A DNA stretch of 64,000 bases from an uncultured Actinomycetota bacterium (GCA_963804615.1 CAWDRA010000007.1:20191-84190), one strand, 5' to 3'; shown: positions 9,520-20,331, counted from the stretch's first letter. Translations and numbers: made by a program. Notes: generated from the sequence alone by a model not told the origin.

Positions 9520-11196
9520 GTGAGACGGCGTCTTGGGATCCGGCGCGAGACGTTGCGTGCGGACGGGGTCGCGGGGTTGGTCCTCGGGGTCGAGAGCATT
9601 CCCGACGGGCTTGCGACCGGTCTGCTCGCGGGCGTGAACCCGATCGCCGGGCTGTACGGCTACATGGTTGGGACTGTCGCGGGCGCGGTCAGCACGAGTT
9701 CCGAGTTCATGGCGATCCAGGCCACGGGTGCCATGGCCGTTCTGATTGCCGACGTCCCGGCCGTGCATCACGCCCACGACGCACAACGGGCGTTGTTCAC
9801 ACTGTCCGTGCTGACGGGATGCGTGATGGTGGCTGCCGGTCTGCTCAGGGCAGGATCCCTGATGCGGTTCGTCTCGAACTCGGTGATGGTCGGCTTCATC
9901 AATGCAGTCGGGGTGAACATCATCCTCGGGCAGTTGACGAACCTCACCGGTTACAGCGGCAACGGGTCCAACCGGCTGGTCAGAGCGCTTGATACGATCG
10001 TCCGCCCCGGCCAGCTGCGCTGGGAGAGCGTGGCGATCGGTGTCCTGACGATCGCCCTGATCATCGCGCTGGAACGCACGCGGATCGGGTCGCTCGGGAT
10101 GGTGGTCGCGGTCATCTTCGGCTCCGCTCTGGTGCCGCTGCTCGGATTCACGGGTGTGACGACGCTGAAGGACCTCGGCGTCGTTCCGGACGCACTGCCG
10201 ACCCCGGTCGCGCCATCGCTGCGATTGATGCCGGAGCTCCTGATTCCGGCCTTCTCGCTGGCATTCGTGGGTCTGGTCCAGGGGGCGGGTGTCTCCTCCA
10301 ACTTCCTCAATCCAGATGGGCAGCCGCCCGAAGGTTCCAGGGACTTCATCGGTCAGGGAATCGCAAACCTCGCATGTGGGTTCCTGCGCGGAATGCCGGT
10401 CGGAGGCTCGGTGTCGGCCACCTCGATCAACGTCAACGCCGGCGCTCGGTCTCGCCAATCGCTCGTGATCGCAGGGATCGTGATGGCGGCGGTGGTACTG
10501 ACGCTGGGCGACCTTGCGAGCCACATCGCGATGCCGGCGCTCGCAGGCCTTCTGATGCTGATCGGGTTCCGGACGATCAAGCCTGGAGACCTCGTCGCCG
10601 TCTGGCGGATCGGGCCCGTGCAAAGGACCGTGATGTCCGTAACGTTCGTGCTCACAGTCCTGATCCCGCTGCAGTTTGCGGTGCTGGTTGGAGTCGGGCT
10701 GTCCCTGATCCTGTACGTGGTCCGGGAGTCTGGGTCGCTCACGTTGACGCGCTGGGAGCTTGAGGACGACGGGTCGATCGTCGAACTCGACGCGCCCGGG
10801 CGCCTGGGCGAAGGCGAGATCATCGTGCTCGTGCCCTACGGAAGCCTGTTCTTCGCGGCTGCAGCTCAGTTCGAGTCGGCACTTCCTGTGGTCGACCAGA
10901 GCTCACGCAACAGTGTTGTGATCGTGCGCCTTCGCGGCCACGAGGATCTCGGCACGACGTTCATAGACGTTCTTGCCCGCTACTCGACACAGCTCGCCGA
11001 TGTCGGCTCCAAACTCATGATCGTCTCCGCGAGCGCTCGCGTCCGCAGTCAGCTCCAGGTCACCGGGATGCGCAACCGACTCGGTGCCGGCGACGTATAT
11101 CCCGCAAGTCGTCGGCTCGGTGCCGCCGTCAGGGATGCCTACGCCGACGCCGAGACGTGGATCGCGTCCGATACCCGGAACGCGGCGGAGCCGTAG
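9520..11196 (+). CDS. SulP family anion transporter with STAS domain
   Basis: D.VAGL...IPDGLA..LLAGVNP..GLY, GMPVGGSVSAT, C-terminal YGSLFFAAA STAS domain. Confidence 0.92.
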   Translation: MRRRLGIRRETLRADGVAGLVLGVESIPDGLATGLLAGVNPIAGLYGYMVGTVAGAVSTSSEFMAIQATGAMAVLIADVPAVHHAHDAQRALFTLSVLTGCVMVAAGLLRAGSLMRFVSNSVMVGFINAVGVNIILGQLTNLTGYSGNGSNRLVRALDTIVRPGQLRWESVAIGVLTIALIIALERTRIGSLGMVVAVIFGSALVPLLGFTGVTTLKDLGVVPDALPTPVAPSLRLMPELLIPAFSLAFVGLVQGAGVSSNFLNPDGQPPEGSRDFIGQGIANLACGFLRGMPVGGSVSATSINVNAGARSRQSLVIAGIVMAAVVLTLGDLASHIAMPALAGLLMLIGFRTIKPGDLVAVWRIGPVQRTVMSVTFVLTVLIPLQFAVLVGVGLSLILYVVRESGSLTLTRWELEDDGSIVELDAPGRLGEGEIIVLVPYGSLFFAAAAQFESALPVVDQSSRNSVVIVRLRGHEDLGTTFIDVLARYSTQLADVGSKLMIVSASARVRSQLQVTGMRNRLGAGDVYPASRRLGAAVRDAYADAETWIASDTRNAAEP

Positions 11197-11207
11197 AGTT
11201 CGACCTG

Positions 11208-11609
11208 ATGACCGTGCGGACCAGTGGAATCAAGCAGCAGAGCATCTGGGCCAGTCTCGTCAGCGACGACGCGCCCGGGCTGCGCGCGTGGCTGCTCGCA
11301 TTGGGGTTCAGCGAGGATCTGATGATCCCGGGGGAGACGGCGGGCTCGATCCACCACTGCCAACTCGATTGGCCAGAGGGCGGTCGCGTGATCCTGTCAA
11401 GCACCGACGAGCGTCCGACGCCCTGTCAGCCCGGTACGAGCTCGCTCCACGTCGTCGCCGCGGACCCGGATGCCGTGATGGCTCGCGCTGTATCGCTGGG
11501 GGCGTCGGTGATTCATCCGCTCACCGACCAGACCGACTACCCGTCGCGTGACTGCACGATCGCGGACCCGGACGGGAACCATTGGACCTTCGCGACCTTC
11601 GCCGGATGA
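11208..11609 (+). CDS. VOC/glyoxalase family protein
   Basis: HCQLDWPEGG, DYPSRD..IADPDGNHWTF. Confidence 0.85.
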   Translation: MTVRTSGIKQQSIWASLVSDDAPGLRAWLLALGFSEDLMIPGETAGSIHHCQLDWPEGGRVILSSTDERPTPCQPGTSSLHVVAADPDAVMARAVSLGASVIHPLTDQTDYPSRDCTIADPDGNHWTFATFAG

Positions 11610-11682
11610 ATCAAGCCGTGCTGTTTGCGCCGGCTCGAGGCCTGCCCGCTCGGAGCTGGCGGCGTCGATACCCTCGGTCGGT

Positions 11683-12834
11683 ATGGGGCAGGACTACGCG
11701 CGCTCGTCTATAGGCATGGTCGGCGCCGGACAGCTTGCCCGGATGGGCTGGCAGGCCGCGATCTCACTCGATCTTGAGCTGGTTTGTCTGGGCGCAGACG
11801 GCGATGCCGCCGCGCGCGCTGGAGTGCCGCTGCTCGAGGGGTCAGGCCGGGACGGATCAGCCCTGGCCGAACTTGCGCAGCGTTGCGACGTGCTCACGTT
11901 CGAGCACGAACTGGTCGACCTCGCAGCTGTCGCCGAACTCGAGGCTCGAGGCGTGCCGGTGCGGCCCTCGCGCGCGGCCCTCGAGCTGGCGGTCGACAAG
12001 CTCCACCAACGCCGGACACTGTCAGCGCTCGGCGGGGCTGCCGTTCCGGCCTACGCCGCTGCCGGCAGCCTGAAGGAGATCGACGCGTTCGCCGCCGAGC
12101 ACGGCTGGCCCTTGGTCCTGAAGGCGCGAAGCGGCGGTTACGACGGACGTGGCGTGTGGATGTGTTCCACGGGCGCGGAGGCCGAAGCGGCCTTCACCGA
12201 AGCGGCCGCGGCCGGGCTCGAGCTCTACGTAGAGGAGGCGGTTGACCTTGCTCAGGAGCTTGCGGTGATCGTCGCCCGGTCACCCGCGGGTGAGAGCGCC
12301 GTCTATGCACCGGTCGAGACCAGTCAGATCGACGGTATGTGCCGCGCTGTGCTGATGCCCGCCGGCATCCCGGTGAACATGGCCCTGGAGGTGGAGACTC
12401 TCGCGCGGACGCTGGCCGAGCACATCGAGCTTGAAGGAATCATGGCTGTTGAGCTCTTCGTGACCAGCGATGACCGGCTGCTCGTCAACGAGCTGGCTCT
12501 GCGGACCCACAACACCGGGCACCTGCACACGGAGGCGTCCACGACCTCGCAGTTCGAGCAGCACCTGCGCGCGGTGCTCGATCTGCCCCTGGGGCTCACA
12601 ACTCCCGTTGCCGCTGCGGCCGCGATGGTGAACGTGGTCGGGCCGGGTGACGGTTCGGATCCAGCATCGCGCCTGGCCGACGCGTTGTCCGTGCCAGGGG
12701 CACGTGTGCACCTGTATGGCAAGACTGCGCGGCCCGGACGCAAGCTCGGGCATGTCACCGTGGCCGCCGGTACGCCTGAGGAGGCCCTGGCTCGGGCGCA
12801 GGAGGCAGCCGATAGGCTGGAGCGGAATGTCTGA
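11683..12834 (+). CDS. purK: N5-carboxyaminoimidazole ribonucleotide synthase
   Basis: [55 protein letters not shown]. Confidence 0.95.
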   Translation: MGQDYARSSIGMVGAGQLARMGWQAAISLDLELVCLGADGDAAARAGVPLLEGSGRDGSALAELAQRCDVLTFEHELVDLAAVAELEARGVPVRPSRAALELAVDKLHQRRTLSALGGAAVPAYAAAGSLKEIDAFAAEHGWPLVLKARSGGYDGRGVWMCSTGAEAEAAFTEAAAAGLELYVEEAVDLAQELAVIVARSPAGESAVYAPVETSQIDGMCRAVLMPAGIPVNMALEVETLARTLAEHIELEGIMAVELFVTSDDRLLVNELALRTHNTGHLHTEASTTSQFEQHLRAVLDLPLGLTTPVAAAAAMVNVVGPGDGSDPASRLADALSVPGARVHLYGKTARPGRKLGHVTVAAGTPEEALARAQEAADRLERNV

Positions 12835-13342
12835 ACCGATCGTCGGCGTGGTCATGGGGTCTGACAGCGACCTGGGCGTGATGAGCCAGGCTGCCACCGT
12901 GCTCGATGAGCTTGGTGTGCCGCTGGAGACACGCGTGGTATCGGCGCATCGCACCCCGGTCGAGATGATCGCCTACGGCCAGCAGGCCGAGGCGCGGGGT
13001 CTGGCCGTGATCATCGCCGGCGCGGGTGGGGCGGCTCACCTTCCAGGAATGCTGGCGGCTGTCACCTGTCTGCCGGTGATCGGCGTGCCGGTGTCGCTCA
13101 AGAGTCTTGATGGGCTGGACAGCCTGCTGTCAATCGTGCAGATGCCCAGGGGCGTTCCGGTCGCGACGGTCGCGATCGACGGCGCTCGCAATGCCGGTCT
13201 GCTCGCCGCGAGAATGCTGGCGATGACGGACCTCGATCTGCGTGCGCGACTGCGGGACCTCGCCGACACGCAGGCCGCGGCCGCACTGGAGGCTGACGCT
13301 CGGGTCCGGGACGGCGGAACCCTTCCGCGGAAAGGTTCTTGA
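12827..13342 (+). CDS. purE: N5-CAIR mutase
   Basis: [37 protein letters not shown]. Confidence 0.97.
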   Translation: MSEPIVGVVMGSDSDLGVMSQAATVLDELGVPLETRVVSAHRTPVEMIAYGQQAEARGLAVIIAGAGGAAHLPGMLAAVTCLPVIGVPVSLKSLDGLDSLLSIVQMPRGVPVATVAIDGARNAGLLAARMLAMTDLDLRARLRDLADTQAAAALEADARVRDGGTLPRKGS

Positions 13343-13482
13343 GACTCAGGGGTCTGCGACGTCGGCCTGACGGCCCCGAGTGCGAACAGGCCCCGCGGTT
13401 GGTCGCCCCGACCTCAGCGCGGACGGCGCTCAGCACGAACCCCGAACGCTCGATGGCGACGGCACCAGCGGCGTACCTGATC

Positions 13483-13572
13483 GGGCCTGCTGCCCGCTGC
13501 GGCAGCTCCGGGCCTGCTGCCCGCTGCCACGGTTCTTGCCTTGCTGCCCGCTGCCACGATTCTTGACCTGCT
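13483..13572. repeat. 27-bp tandem repeat, about 3.3 copies
   Basis: GGGCCTGCTGCCCGCTGCGGCAGCTCC / GGGCCTGCTGCCCGCTGCCACGGTTCT / TGCCTTGCTGCCCGCTGCCACGATTCT / TGACCTGCT. Confidence 0.8.
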
Positions 13573-13687
13573 CGGTCGGGGCGTGACGAACACAACCTCG
13601 TCGTACCGAGGCCGGGCCGCCGGCATGTTGGCGATCAGTTGCAGCTGCGTTGTCGATGGGATGAACAGGGCCTTACCTCCTCAGGAA

Positions 13688-13701
13688 TGCAACCGGTTGC
13701 A
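13688..13701. promoter_or_regulatory. LacI-type operator downstream of the lacI-family gene
   Basis: Perfect palindrome TGCAACCGGTTGCA with central CG typical of LacI/GalR operators. Confidence 0.8.
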
Positions 13702-13737
13702 AAGAGCGGGACGGAGATGAGATGACTGTGGCCGTCA

Positions 13738-14745
13738 TCAGGCGGAGCCCCTGACGACGAGTTCGGCGGGGAGAGAGGTGCTGGTGATGGCGCCTGTCTG
13801 GATGCGTTGGACCACGCCATCTGCGAGCAGTCGGCCCGCAAGCAACGCGTCCTGGCGAATCGTGGTCAGCGGCGGCTTGACATGCGCTGCGATCGGGACA
13901 TCGTCGTAGCCGACAACGGCGACGTCTCCCGGGACGTCGCGGCCGCGCTCTGCGATCACCTCCATCGCCGCGATGGCCATGACATCGCTGTTTACGAAGA
14001 CGCCATCGATATCGGGCGACCGCTCGAGGAGCACGTTCATCGCTGCGCGGGCTGAAGCCTCCGACCACCATTCGGCGTGGGCGATCAGACTGGGATCCGA
14101 CTTCCGTCCGGCTTCCGCGAGAGCGGCTTCGTAGCCCTGCTGTCTGTCCACAACCTCATCGGCGCGCTGGGGGCCGCCGAGAAAGGCGATCCTCTGACGC
14201 CCGATTTCGAGGAGATGCTCGGTCGCCAGGCGCCCGCCGCGGAAGCTGTCGCCGCTGACTGAGCAGAACGAACCGTCTGGGGACGGCTGTCCCCAGACGA
14301 TGAAGGGCGCGTCGGTCGCCTGCAGCGCCCGGATCTGCTGGCGTGTGCACTGCGCCTCGAGCATGATGAAGCCGTCGGCGCGCCCGGTCTCCAGGTATCG
14401 GTGCGGCCATGAGACATCTCTTGGGCTCACGTGGATCATCAGGAGGTCGTAGTCGCTCCTGCCGAGCCCAGCGGATACGCCGGTCATGAGCCCCAGCATG
14501 AAGGCGTCGGGGACGATGCTGTCGGCCTTGTATCCGTAGGCGACGAGCGCAATCGCCCCACCCTGCTGGAGGCTCAGCCGGCGGGCTCGCACGTCGATCT
14601 CGAAACCATGTTCCTTGGCGAGTGAGCGCACGAGCTCCTTGGTCTGAGCGCTGATCACAGGGCTGTCGTTGAGCGCCCGTGAGACGGTGGATTTGGAGAC
14701 GCCCGCCAGGCGGGCGATGTCGGCTATCGAGTTCACGCTGGCCAT
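13738..14745 (-). CDS. LacI/GalR family transcriptional regulator
   Basis: SIADIARLAGVSKSTVSRALN HTH, VVGYDD...PPLTTIRQ, ELVVRGS. Confidence 0.95.
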   Translation of the reverse strand: MASVNSIADIARLAGVSKSTVSRALNDSPVISAQTKELVRSLAKEHGFEIDVRARRLSLQQGGAIALVAYGYKADSIVPDAFMLGLMTGVSAGLGRSDYDLLMIHVSPRDVSWPHRYLETGRADGFIMLEAQCTRQQIRALQATDAPFIVWGQPSPDGSFCSVSGDSFRGGRLATEHLLEIGRQRIAFLGGPQRADEVVDRQQGYEAALAEAGRKSDPSLIAHAEWWSEASARAAMNVLLERSPDIDGVFVNSDVMAIAAMEVIAERGRDVPGDVAVVGYDDVPIAAHVKPPLTTIRQDALLAGRLLADGVVQRIQTGAITSTSLPAELVVRGSA

Positions 14746-14759
14746 TGCAACCGGTTGCA
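14746..14759. promoter_or_regulatory. LacI-type operator abutting the lacI start codon (autoregulation)
   Basis: Second perfect TGCAACCGGTTGCA directly upstream of the ATG. Confidence 0.85.
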
Positions 14760-14895
14760 TGATACCGGCTGCGTCAGCGGAAGGCAACCGCCCGCCTGCC
14801 TTGAGGCGGGTCGATCCCTACCATCGCTTCCAGCCGGTGCCGTCTGCTATCGCAGTCACAGGGCACGAGCAAAGACCGACACTTGGGGCAGGTCG

Positions 14896-15615
14896 ATGGT
14901 TTCAGTGGTGCTTTACGGCCTTGCCGCCGCGATCTACCCCCAGTTGCTGGCAGTCGTGCTCCTGCTCCTGGCTCTACCCAATGCCCGCGCGCTTCTTTGG
15001 ATCTGCTGCGCGGCGGGGGTGGCGATGGCTGTAGCCGTGAATCTTGCGATTTTTGCCGTATTCAAGTCGCGCGGCACGCTCGCAGGCAGCAGCGACTCGG
15101 GGCTGGGGTCAAGCGCCTACATCGGGGTCGGTGTGGTCACATTGGTGATCGCGCTCCTGCTTGGCACTGTTGCGGGTCGGGGCCTGCTGAATCGCGGCCG
15201 TGCGCTGTTGGCGCACGGCCGAAGCGCCGGCTCAACGGCGGACCCGGGTGCCGGCGGCTCCCAGTGGCGGTCGCGGTTGGACGCGGCGCTGCACGACGGA
15301 TCGATGGTCATCGCCGCGGCGACCGGCGCACTGCTCGCGATGCCAGGCCCGTTCGACTTTCTCACCGCCGGCCATCTGGCGCGTGATGGTCGCGGTTGGC
15401 TTGAAGCGGTGACCGCGATTTGCGTGTTCGCGGCGCTGAAGTTCCTACTGATCGAGGTTCCGAGTGTCGCCTACGTCGTCGATCCCGATGGCACAGGTCG
15501 TCGTGTCGAGCGGCTGTCCCGGTGGATGCAGGACAACAAGATGGGGGCCCTTGCGATCTTTCTGGCCCTGGTGGGGTTGGTGCTGGTCGGCAACGGGGTC
15601 GCCGGACTGCTGTGA
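14896..15615 (+). CDS. GAP (glycolipid addressing)/Sap family membrane protein
   Basis: LAAAIYPQLLAVVLLLL, PGPF, EVP..Y..DP...V.RL..WM..N pattern. Confidence 0.75.
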   Translation: MVSVVLYGLAAAIYPQLLAVVLLLLALPNARALLWICCAAGVAMAVAVNLAIFAVFKSRGTLAGSSDSGLGSSAYIGVGVVTLVIALLLGTVAGRGLLNRGRALLAHGRSAGSTADPGAGGSQWRSRLDAALHDGSMVIAAATGALLAMPGPFDFLTAGHLARDGRGWLEAVTAICVFAALKFLLIEVPSVAYVVDPDGTGRRVERLSRWMQDNKMGALAIFLALVGLVLVGNGVAGLL

Positions 15616-15634
15616 GCGCTAGTCGAGCAAACGC

Positions 15635-15668
15635 GCGAGTGGGACCGCCTCAAGGCGGTCCCACTCGC
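15635..15668. terminator. Bidirectional hairpin between convergent genes
   Basis: 16-bp perfect stem GCGAGTGGGACCGCCT-CA-AGGCGGTCCCACTCGC. Confidence 0.8.
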
Positions 15669-15674
15669 ACGAGA

Positions 15675-16088
15675 TCAGCTGCTGCTGCCGCTCAGGGCCT
15701 TGGCCTTGAGAGCGTCGAACTCCTCCTGCGTGATGGTGCCGCTGTCAAGCAGCTGCTTGGCGTTGGCGATCTCGCTCGCCGCGCCGCCGCCGCCGCCGGC
15801 CGTCTGACGAACGTAGTCGTCGAACTGCGCCTGAGCCTTCTGAGCGTCCTTGTTCTGACGATCTGCCATGCCGTTGTGGTAGGCGATCAGGTAGACCAGG
15901 ATGCCCAGGAATGGAAGGATGATGACGAATATGACCCAGAGGGCCTTGCCCCATCCCGACATGTCCTTGCGGCGGATGAGGTCCATGAAGACCGTAATCG
16001 CGATCCAGATCCAGATGATGAACGCGAAGAAGATCAGCATCGACCACAGCACACCCAGGAACGGATACGACGTTGCGCTGATAAGCAT
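15675..16088 (-). CDS. PLDc_N + SHOCT domain membrane protein
   Basis: DLIRRKDMSGWGKALW...LPFLGILVYLI; C-terminal EIANAKQLLDSGTITQEEFDALKAKAL. Confidence 0.9.
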   Translation of the reverse strand: MLISATSYPFLGVLWSMLIFFAFIIWIWIAITVFMDLIRRKDMSGWGKALWVIFVIILPFLGILVYLIAYHNGMADRQNKDAQKAQAQFDDYVRQTAGGGGGAASEIANAKQLLDSGTITQEEFDALKAKALSGSSS

Positions 16089-16492
16089 TTGGTTGGACTT
16101 ACTCCCCAGAATGGTTGTGGGACTTAGCGGAAACGGACCTCTGTCCCGGCGCCAGCAGGGGGGAGGTCCCGACTTTGTGATGCAGGACACTACCGGTTGG
16201 CGCTGCGGCGTGTCATCGGTGTGGCCCCCGCAACGTCGAGTGGTGTGCCGCAGTGATCCCGCGATGCTGACTCGATGTGCTGTCAATGGGTGCCGGTCGT
16301 GCGTTCAATCGGCCCCGCCAGTCGCGTGGATGGGTGCCGGTCGGGCTGTCGACAGAATCAGGCATCGAATAAGCTCGCCGCCATGTTCAGCGGCGCGCTC
16401 AGGTGGGGCGGACCTCTGCCGTCTGATTGCCCGGCAGCGCCACTCAGCCACTCGAGTCTCCTGACACGATCGCCGCGGCGGGAGCAGAGACC

Positions 16493-18108
16493 ATGACCTC
16501 GACTGGACCAGATTCACACGACGGCAAGGTCGCCAGGTTCATCCTGGTCACGCTGGCCGCCGGCCAGTTCCTGATGACGCTCGACAGCTCGGTGATGAAC
16601 GTGTCGATTGCGACGGTCGCCAAGGACGTCGGCACCGACTGTGACCGGGATCCAGACCGCGATCACGCTCTACACGCTCGTGATGGCGTCGTTGATGATC
16701 ACCGGTGGCAAGATCGGGCAGATCCTCGGGCGCAAGCGCGCGTTCGCGATCGGCTGCGTGATCTACGGCTGCGGGTCGCTGATCACCGCGATCGCCGCGC
16801 AACCTTCCGGTGCTGATCGTCGGCTGGTCGTTCCTGGAGGGGATCGGCGCCGCGCTGATCCTGCCCGCCATCGTCGCGCTCGTCGCCTCCAACTTCCCGG
16901 CACCGCAACGGCCACGCGCCTACGGGCTGGTCGCGTCAGCCGGGGCGATCGCGGTCGCCGTCGGCCCGCTGATCGGCGGGCTGTTCACGACATATCTCTC
17001 GTGGCGGCTGGGTGTTCGTCGGGCGAGGTCTGGTCGTGCTCGTGATCCTCGTGCGCGCACGTCGGATGGCCGAGCGACGGTCCCGATGCACGCGCCCAGC
17101 CTGGACCTGGTCGGGACCGTGCTCTCGGCGCTCGGGCTGGCGCTGATCGTCTTCGGCGATCCTGCGGCCGGGCGCGTGGGGCTTCGTCAGCCCGAAGGCG
17201 GGGGCGCCGCAGTGGCTCGGACTGTCGCCCACGATCTGGCTGGTGCTCGGCGGCGGCCTTGTGCTCTGGCGTGTTCTTGCCTGGGAGAGCCGGCTGATCG
17301 CCAATGCGGCGCTGAGCCGCTGATCGATCCCGACGATCCTGCAGAACGGCAGCTGCGCGGCGGCCTGATCTCGTTCTTCTTCCAGTACCTGCTCCAGGCG
17401 GGCTCGTTCTTCGCGGTGCCGCTGTTCCTCTCGGTCGCGCTCGGGCTGTCGGCGATCGCAGACGGGCGTGCGGCTGCTGCCGCTCTCGATCACGCTGCTG
17501 CTCGCCGCCGCGGGGATTCCGCAGGTCTTCCCGAACGCGTCGCCGCGTCGGGTCGTGCAGCTCGGGTTCGCCTGCGCTGTTCGCCGGGCCTCGTCGTGAT
17601 GGTCGCCGCACTCGACGCCGGCGCGGGGCCGGAGATCGTCACATGGCCGATGCTGCTTGCCGGCCTCGGTGTCGGTGCGCTTGCATCGCAGCTCGGCGCG
17701 GTCACGGTCTCGGCGGTTCCCGACGAGCAGAGCGGTGAGGTCGGCGGGGTGCAGAACACCGTCACGAACCTCGGCGCATCGATCGGCACCGCCCTCGCCG
17801 GCGCGGTCCTGATCGCTGCGCTGACGGCGTCGTTCATGGCCGGCATCCAGGCCAACCCGGCGATACCGGCTTCCGTCAAGGCTCAGGCCAATGAGCAGCT
17901 GGCCGCCGGCGTCCCGTTCATCTCCGACGCACAACTCGAGACAGGGCTGGAGAAGGCCGGCGTCCCGCCGGCTACCGTCACCGTTGTCGTCGATGAGAAC
18001 GCGAGCGCGCGACTCGACGCGCTCCGCGCCTCACTGTCGGTCCTGGCGCTCATCGCCCTGATCGCGATCCCGTTCACACTCAGGCTGCCGACACGACCGC
18101 CGGAGTGA
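16493..18108 (+). CDS. DHA2-type MFS transporter (multiple frameshifts)
   Basis: QFLMTLDSSVMNVSI, ITGGKIGQILGRKR, LEGIGAALILPA, SGEVGGVQNT pieces in different frames. Confidence 0.85.
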
Positions 18109-18116
18109 CGCGCCGG

Positions 18117-18749
18117 TTACGGCTCGACCGGCGCTCCGGGCGCTGCCGCCGGCGCTGGCGGTACCTCGTCGACCACCGTCACGGGCTCGTTCGACTGGGC
18201 GCCTGAACCCCCGGGGGTGGCCAGCGGGCCACCCCCGGCGGGCTGACCGCCGGCAGGCTCGTCGTCTGTTTCGTGGTGCTGCGCCCGCACCGCCTTCTCG
18301 GTGTCTTCGTCGACATCCCAGCGAACCACCGTGTGAGCCCGGCGGTCGTGATACCCGCGCCGGCGCTCGTCGGTCAATATCGGGATCAGGCCGGCGCCGA
18401 ACGGGATGATCGCGAGCGTCAGGGCGAGGAATCGTCGCACAGCCTGTCTGAAGGTAACCCGGTCTCCGTCATCGCCGATCACGCGGATCCCGAGGATGCG
18501 GTTCCCCACGGTCTGGCCGGTCAGCGCCCAGAACGTCACGAAGTAGAACAGGCTCCAGATCCACCACGCCGCCGCTCCCAGCACAGCCCCGACGATGTCG
18601 ATGGTGCCGCTGATGCCGAGCAGCGATCCGATCAGGTTGACCAACCCGCCGATGAGTACGGCGACGACGTTGATCACGAGTGCGTCGATCAGGATCGCCA
18701 CTCCACGGGTGACCAGACCGACATAGCCGACAGGCGGTCTGCGGGTCAC
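18117..18749 (-). CDS. RDD family membrane protein
   Basis: YVGLVTRGVAILID, GQTVGNRILGIRV, RRGYHDRRAHTVV. Confidence 0.9.
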   Translation of the reverse strand: MTRRPPVGYVGLVTRGVAILIDALVINVVAVLIGGLVNLIGSLLGISGTIDIVGAVLGAAAWWIWSLFYFVTFWALTGQTVGNRILGIRVIGDDGDRVTFRQAVRRFLALTLAIIPFGAGLIPILTDERRRGYHDRRAHTVVRWDVDEDTEKAVRAQHHETDDEPAGGQPAGGGPLATPGGSGAQSNEPVTVVDEVPPAPAAAPGAPVEP

Positions 18750-19417
18750 TCGTCGGCCTGAGGCGGACGCCGCCTGAGCAGACGGCGGGCGATGCGCTCG
18801 GCCACGTCGTCGGCGACGACCGTCCGCGTGCGAACTCCGACGGCGACATCGTCCGCCAGCCCCACCGTCTGGCGGCGAAGCACCGCGCGGAGCTCGGGTG
18901 AGCCCGTCACATACTCGAGCACCTGTTGCATCTCCTCGCTCGCGAGCAGACGCGCCGTGATCTCCTCGAGCATCCGGCTGTCCATGACGCGATCGATCAG
19001 GCGATCGAGTCCGGGATCGTCGACCACGCTGCCCACGAGCGCCTCCGTGGCCGGGTGGTTGATCACAACGCTCACGATGCGGTCGAAGGCGCCCGAGCGC
19101 AGCAGCCGGTCGAGCAGCTCGTCGCCGAGACCTGAGCGGGCGAACTCATCGATCAGCGCCCGCGAGAGCTGCGCCGTCAGGCGGCGCGCCTCGGCGGCGG
19201 CCTCGGCGGTGAGCAGAACGCCGTCCTGACCCCACCTGTATGAGACGGCACCAGCGCGTGCGCGAACCGGTGAACATGGCGGCGAATTCCAGATCGCGAC
19301 CGCCGGCCATGCCGCGGCCGTGAGTGCACGGGCGCCCATGGCGGCCGGGCGGCGGGAGCGCCGCGCCACGCCGGCCGTCGCACCGACGACGACGTAGGGG
19401 ATGGGAGCGCGTTTCAA
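18746..19417 (-). CDS. Helical hypothetical protein translationally coupled to the RDD gene
   Basis: Repeated amphipathic helices (DRLL, DRIV, DRLIDRV), ending RQTVGLADDV...ADD.AERIARRLLRR; GTGA overlap; start uncertain. Confidence 0.65.
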   Translation of the reverse strand: MKRAPIPYVVVGATAGVARRSRRPAAMGARALTAAAWPAVAIWNSPPCSPVRARAGAVSYRWGQDGVLLTAEAAAEARRLTAQLSRALIDEFARSGLGDELLDRLLRSGAFDRIVSVVINHPATEALVGSVVDDPGLDRLIDRVMDSRMLEEITARLLASEEMQQVLEYVTGSPELRAVLRRQTVGLADDVAVGVRTRTVVADDVAERIARRLLRRRPPQADE

Positions 19418-19536
19418 GGCTATGACTATCGGGTGGTTGTCGATGCCTGAAGGGTACGCCTGCTGCCGAATCCTCGGTGTCCAGGGCATCCAGGGCGTCC
19501 GGCGCCGCTCCCCGGCCACGAGTCTCAGCCAGGTGT

Positions 19537-20331
19537 TCAGCCGGTCAGGTGGACGGCGGCCTCCGGTGTGGCCACGCGGAAGCTGAAGCTCTCCTGCAGG
19601 TAGAGGTTCACCTGGTCCGCGTCGTGCGAGTCGTAGCCCAGTGAGATGTCCTGCCCGCTGTCGAAGACAAAGTCTCCGCCGCGCCGGCTGAGCAGCACAG
19701 CGCCCTCGATGCCAGGGACCCACACGATCGGTCCACCGAGCAGCAACGACACGTGTTCCCTCAGCGGGTAGCCACCGGGTACGGGAGCGGTGCCCAACAG
19801 CCGGTAATGGTCCTGGCCCGCAGCGAGTGCATACGGACCGTCGATTCCCGATCCGAGCAACAGTTCGATCGCAGCGGTCACGCGCTCTGCGTAGTTCTCG
19901 GCCTTGACACGCTTGAGCGTGGCGTGGGGGCTGGCTGCGATCACCCCGCCGAACGTTCCGGCCCAGCCGTCGAAGACGGCGCCGCTCTCCGCCCGCGCGA
20001 TCTCCCGAGCTGCAGCATCGAGCGGGCCCAGGTCGACATCGTCGGCGCCGCGATCGGCGTCCTGGAGCTCGCTTCGCGAAAGGCTGAAATCGGCACGGAG
20101 CTCGAGCAGGGGCAGAACGCGCCGTCGCAGCGCCGTCACCCCGTCGAGGCTGCCCTCGACCGCGTCAACGCGGCCGAGGTTCGTTGACGAGTGGGTCCAG
20201 CCGTGAGGACCATCGAAGTCGACCAGCTTGCGTGCACCCAGAGCTGGGGTCAGGCGCTCGCGGGCCTCCTGGTCGAGCAGTTCCCAGCCGGCATCGCTGA
20301 TCGGCGCGTGCGAACGAAGCAGGTGATTCAC
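19537..20331 (-). CDS. Family 1 encapsulin shell protein (linocin M18)
   Basis: MNHLLRSHAPIS..GW, RKLVDFDGPHGW, SRRGGDF...GQDISLGY, LYLQESFSF. Confidence 0.95.
   Translation of the reverse strand: MNHLLRSHAPISDAGWELLDQEARERLTPALGARKLVDFDGPHGWTHSSTNLGRVDAVEGSLDGVTALRRRVLPLLELRADFSLSRSELQDADRGADDVDLGPLDAAAREIARAESGAVFDGWAGTFGGVIAASPHATLKRVKAENYAERVTAAIELLLGSGIDGPYALAAGQDHYRLLGTAPVPGGYPLREHVSLLLGGPIVWVPGIEGAVLLSRRGGDFVFDSGQDISLGYDSHDADQVNLYLQESFSFRVATPEAAVHLTG

Noticed and set aside
13483-13572. CRISPR array
   Set aside because: Units are contiguous with no unique spacers, and no cas genes are present
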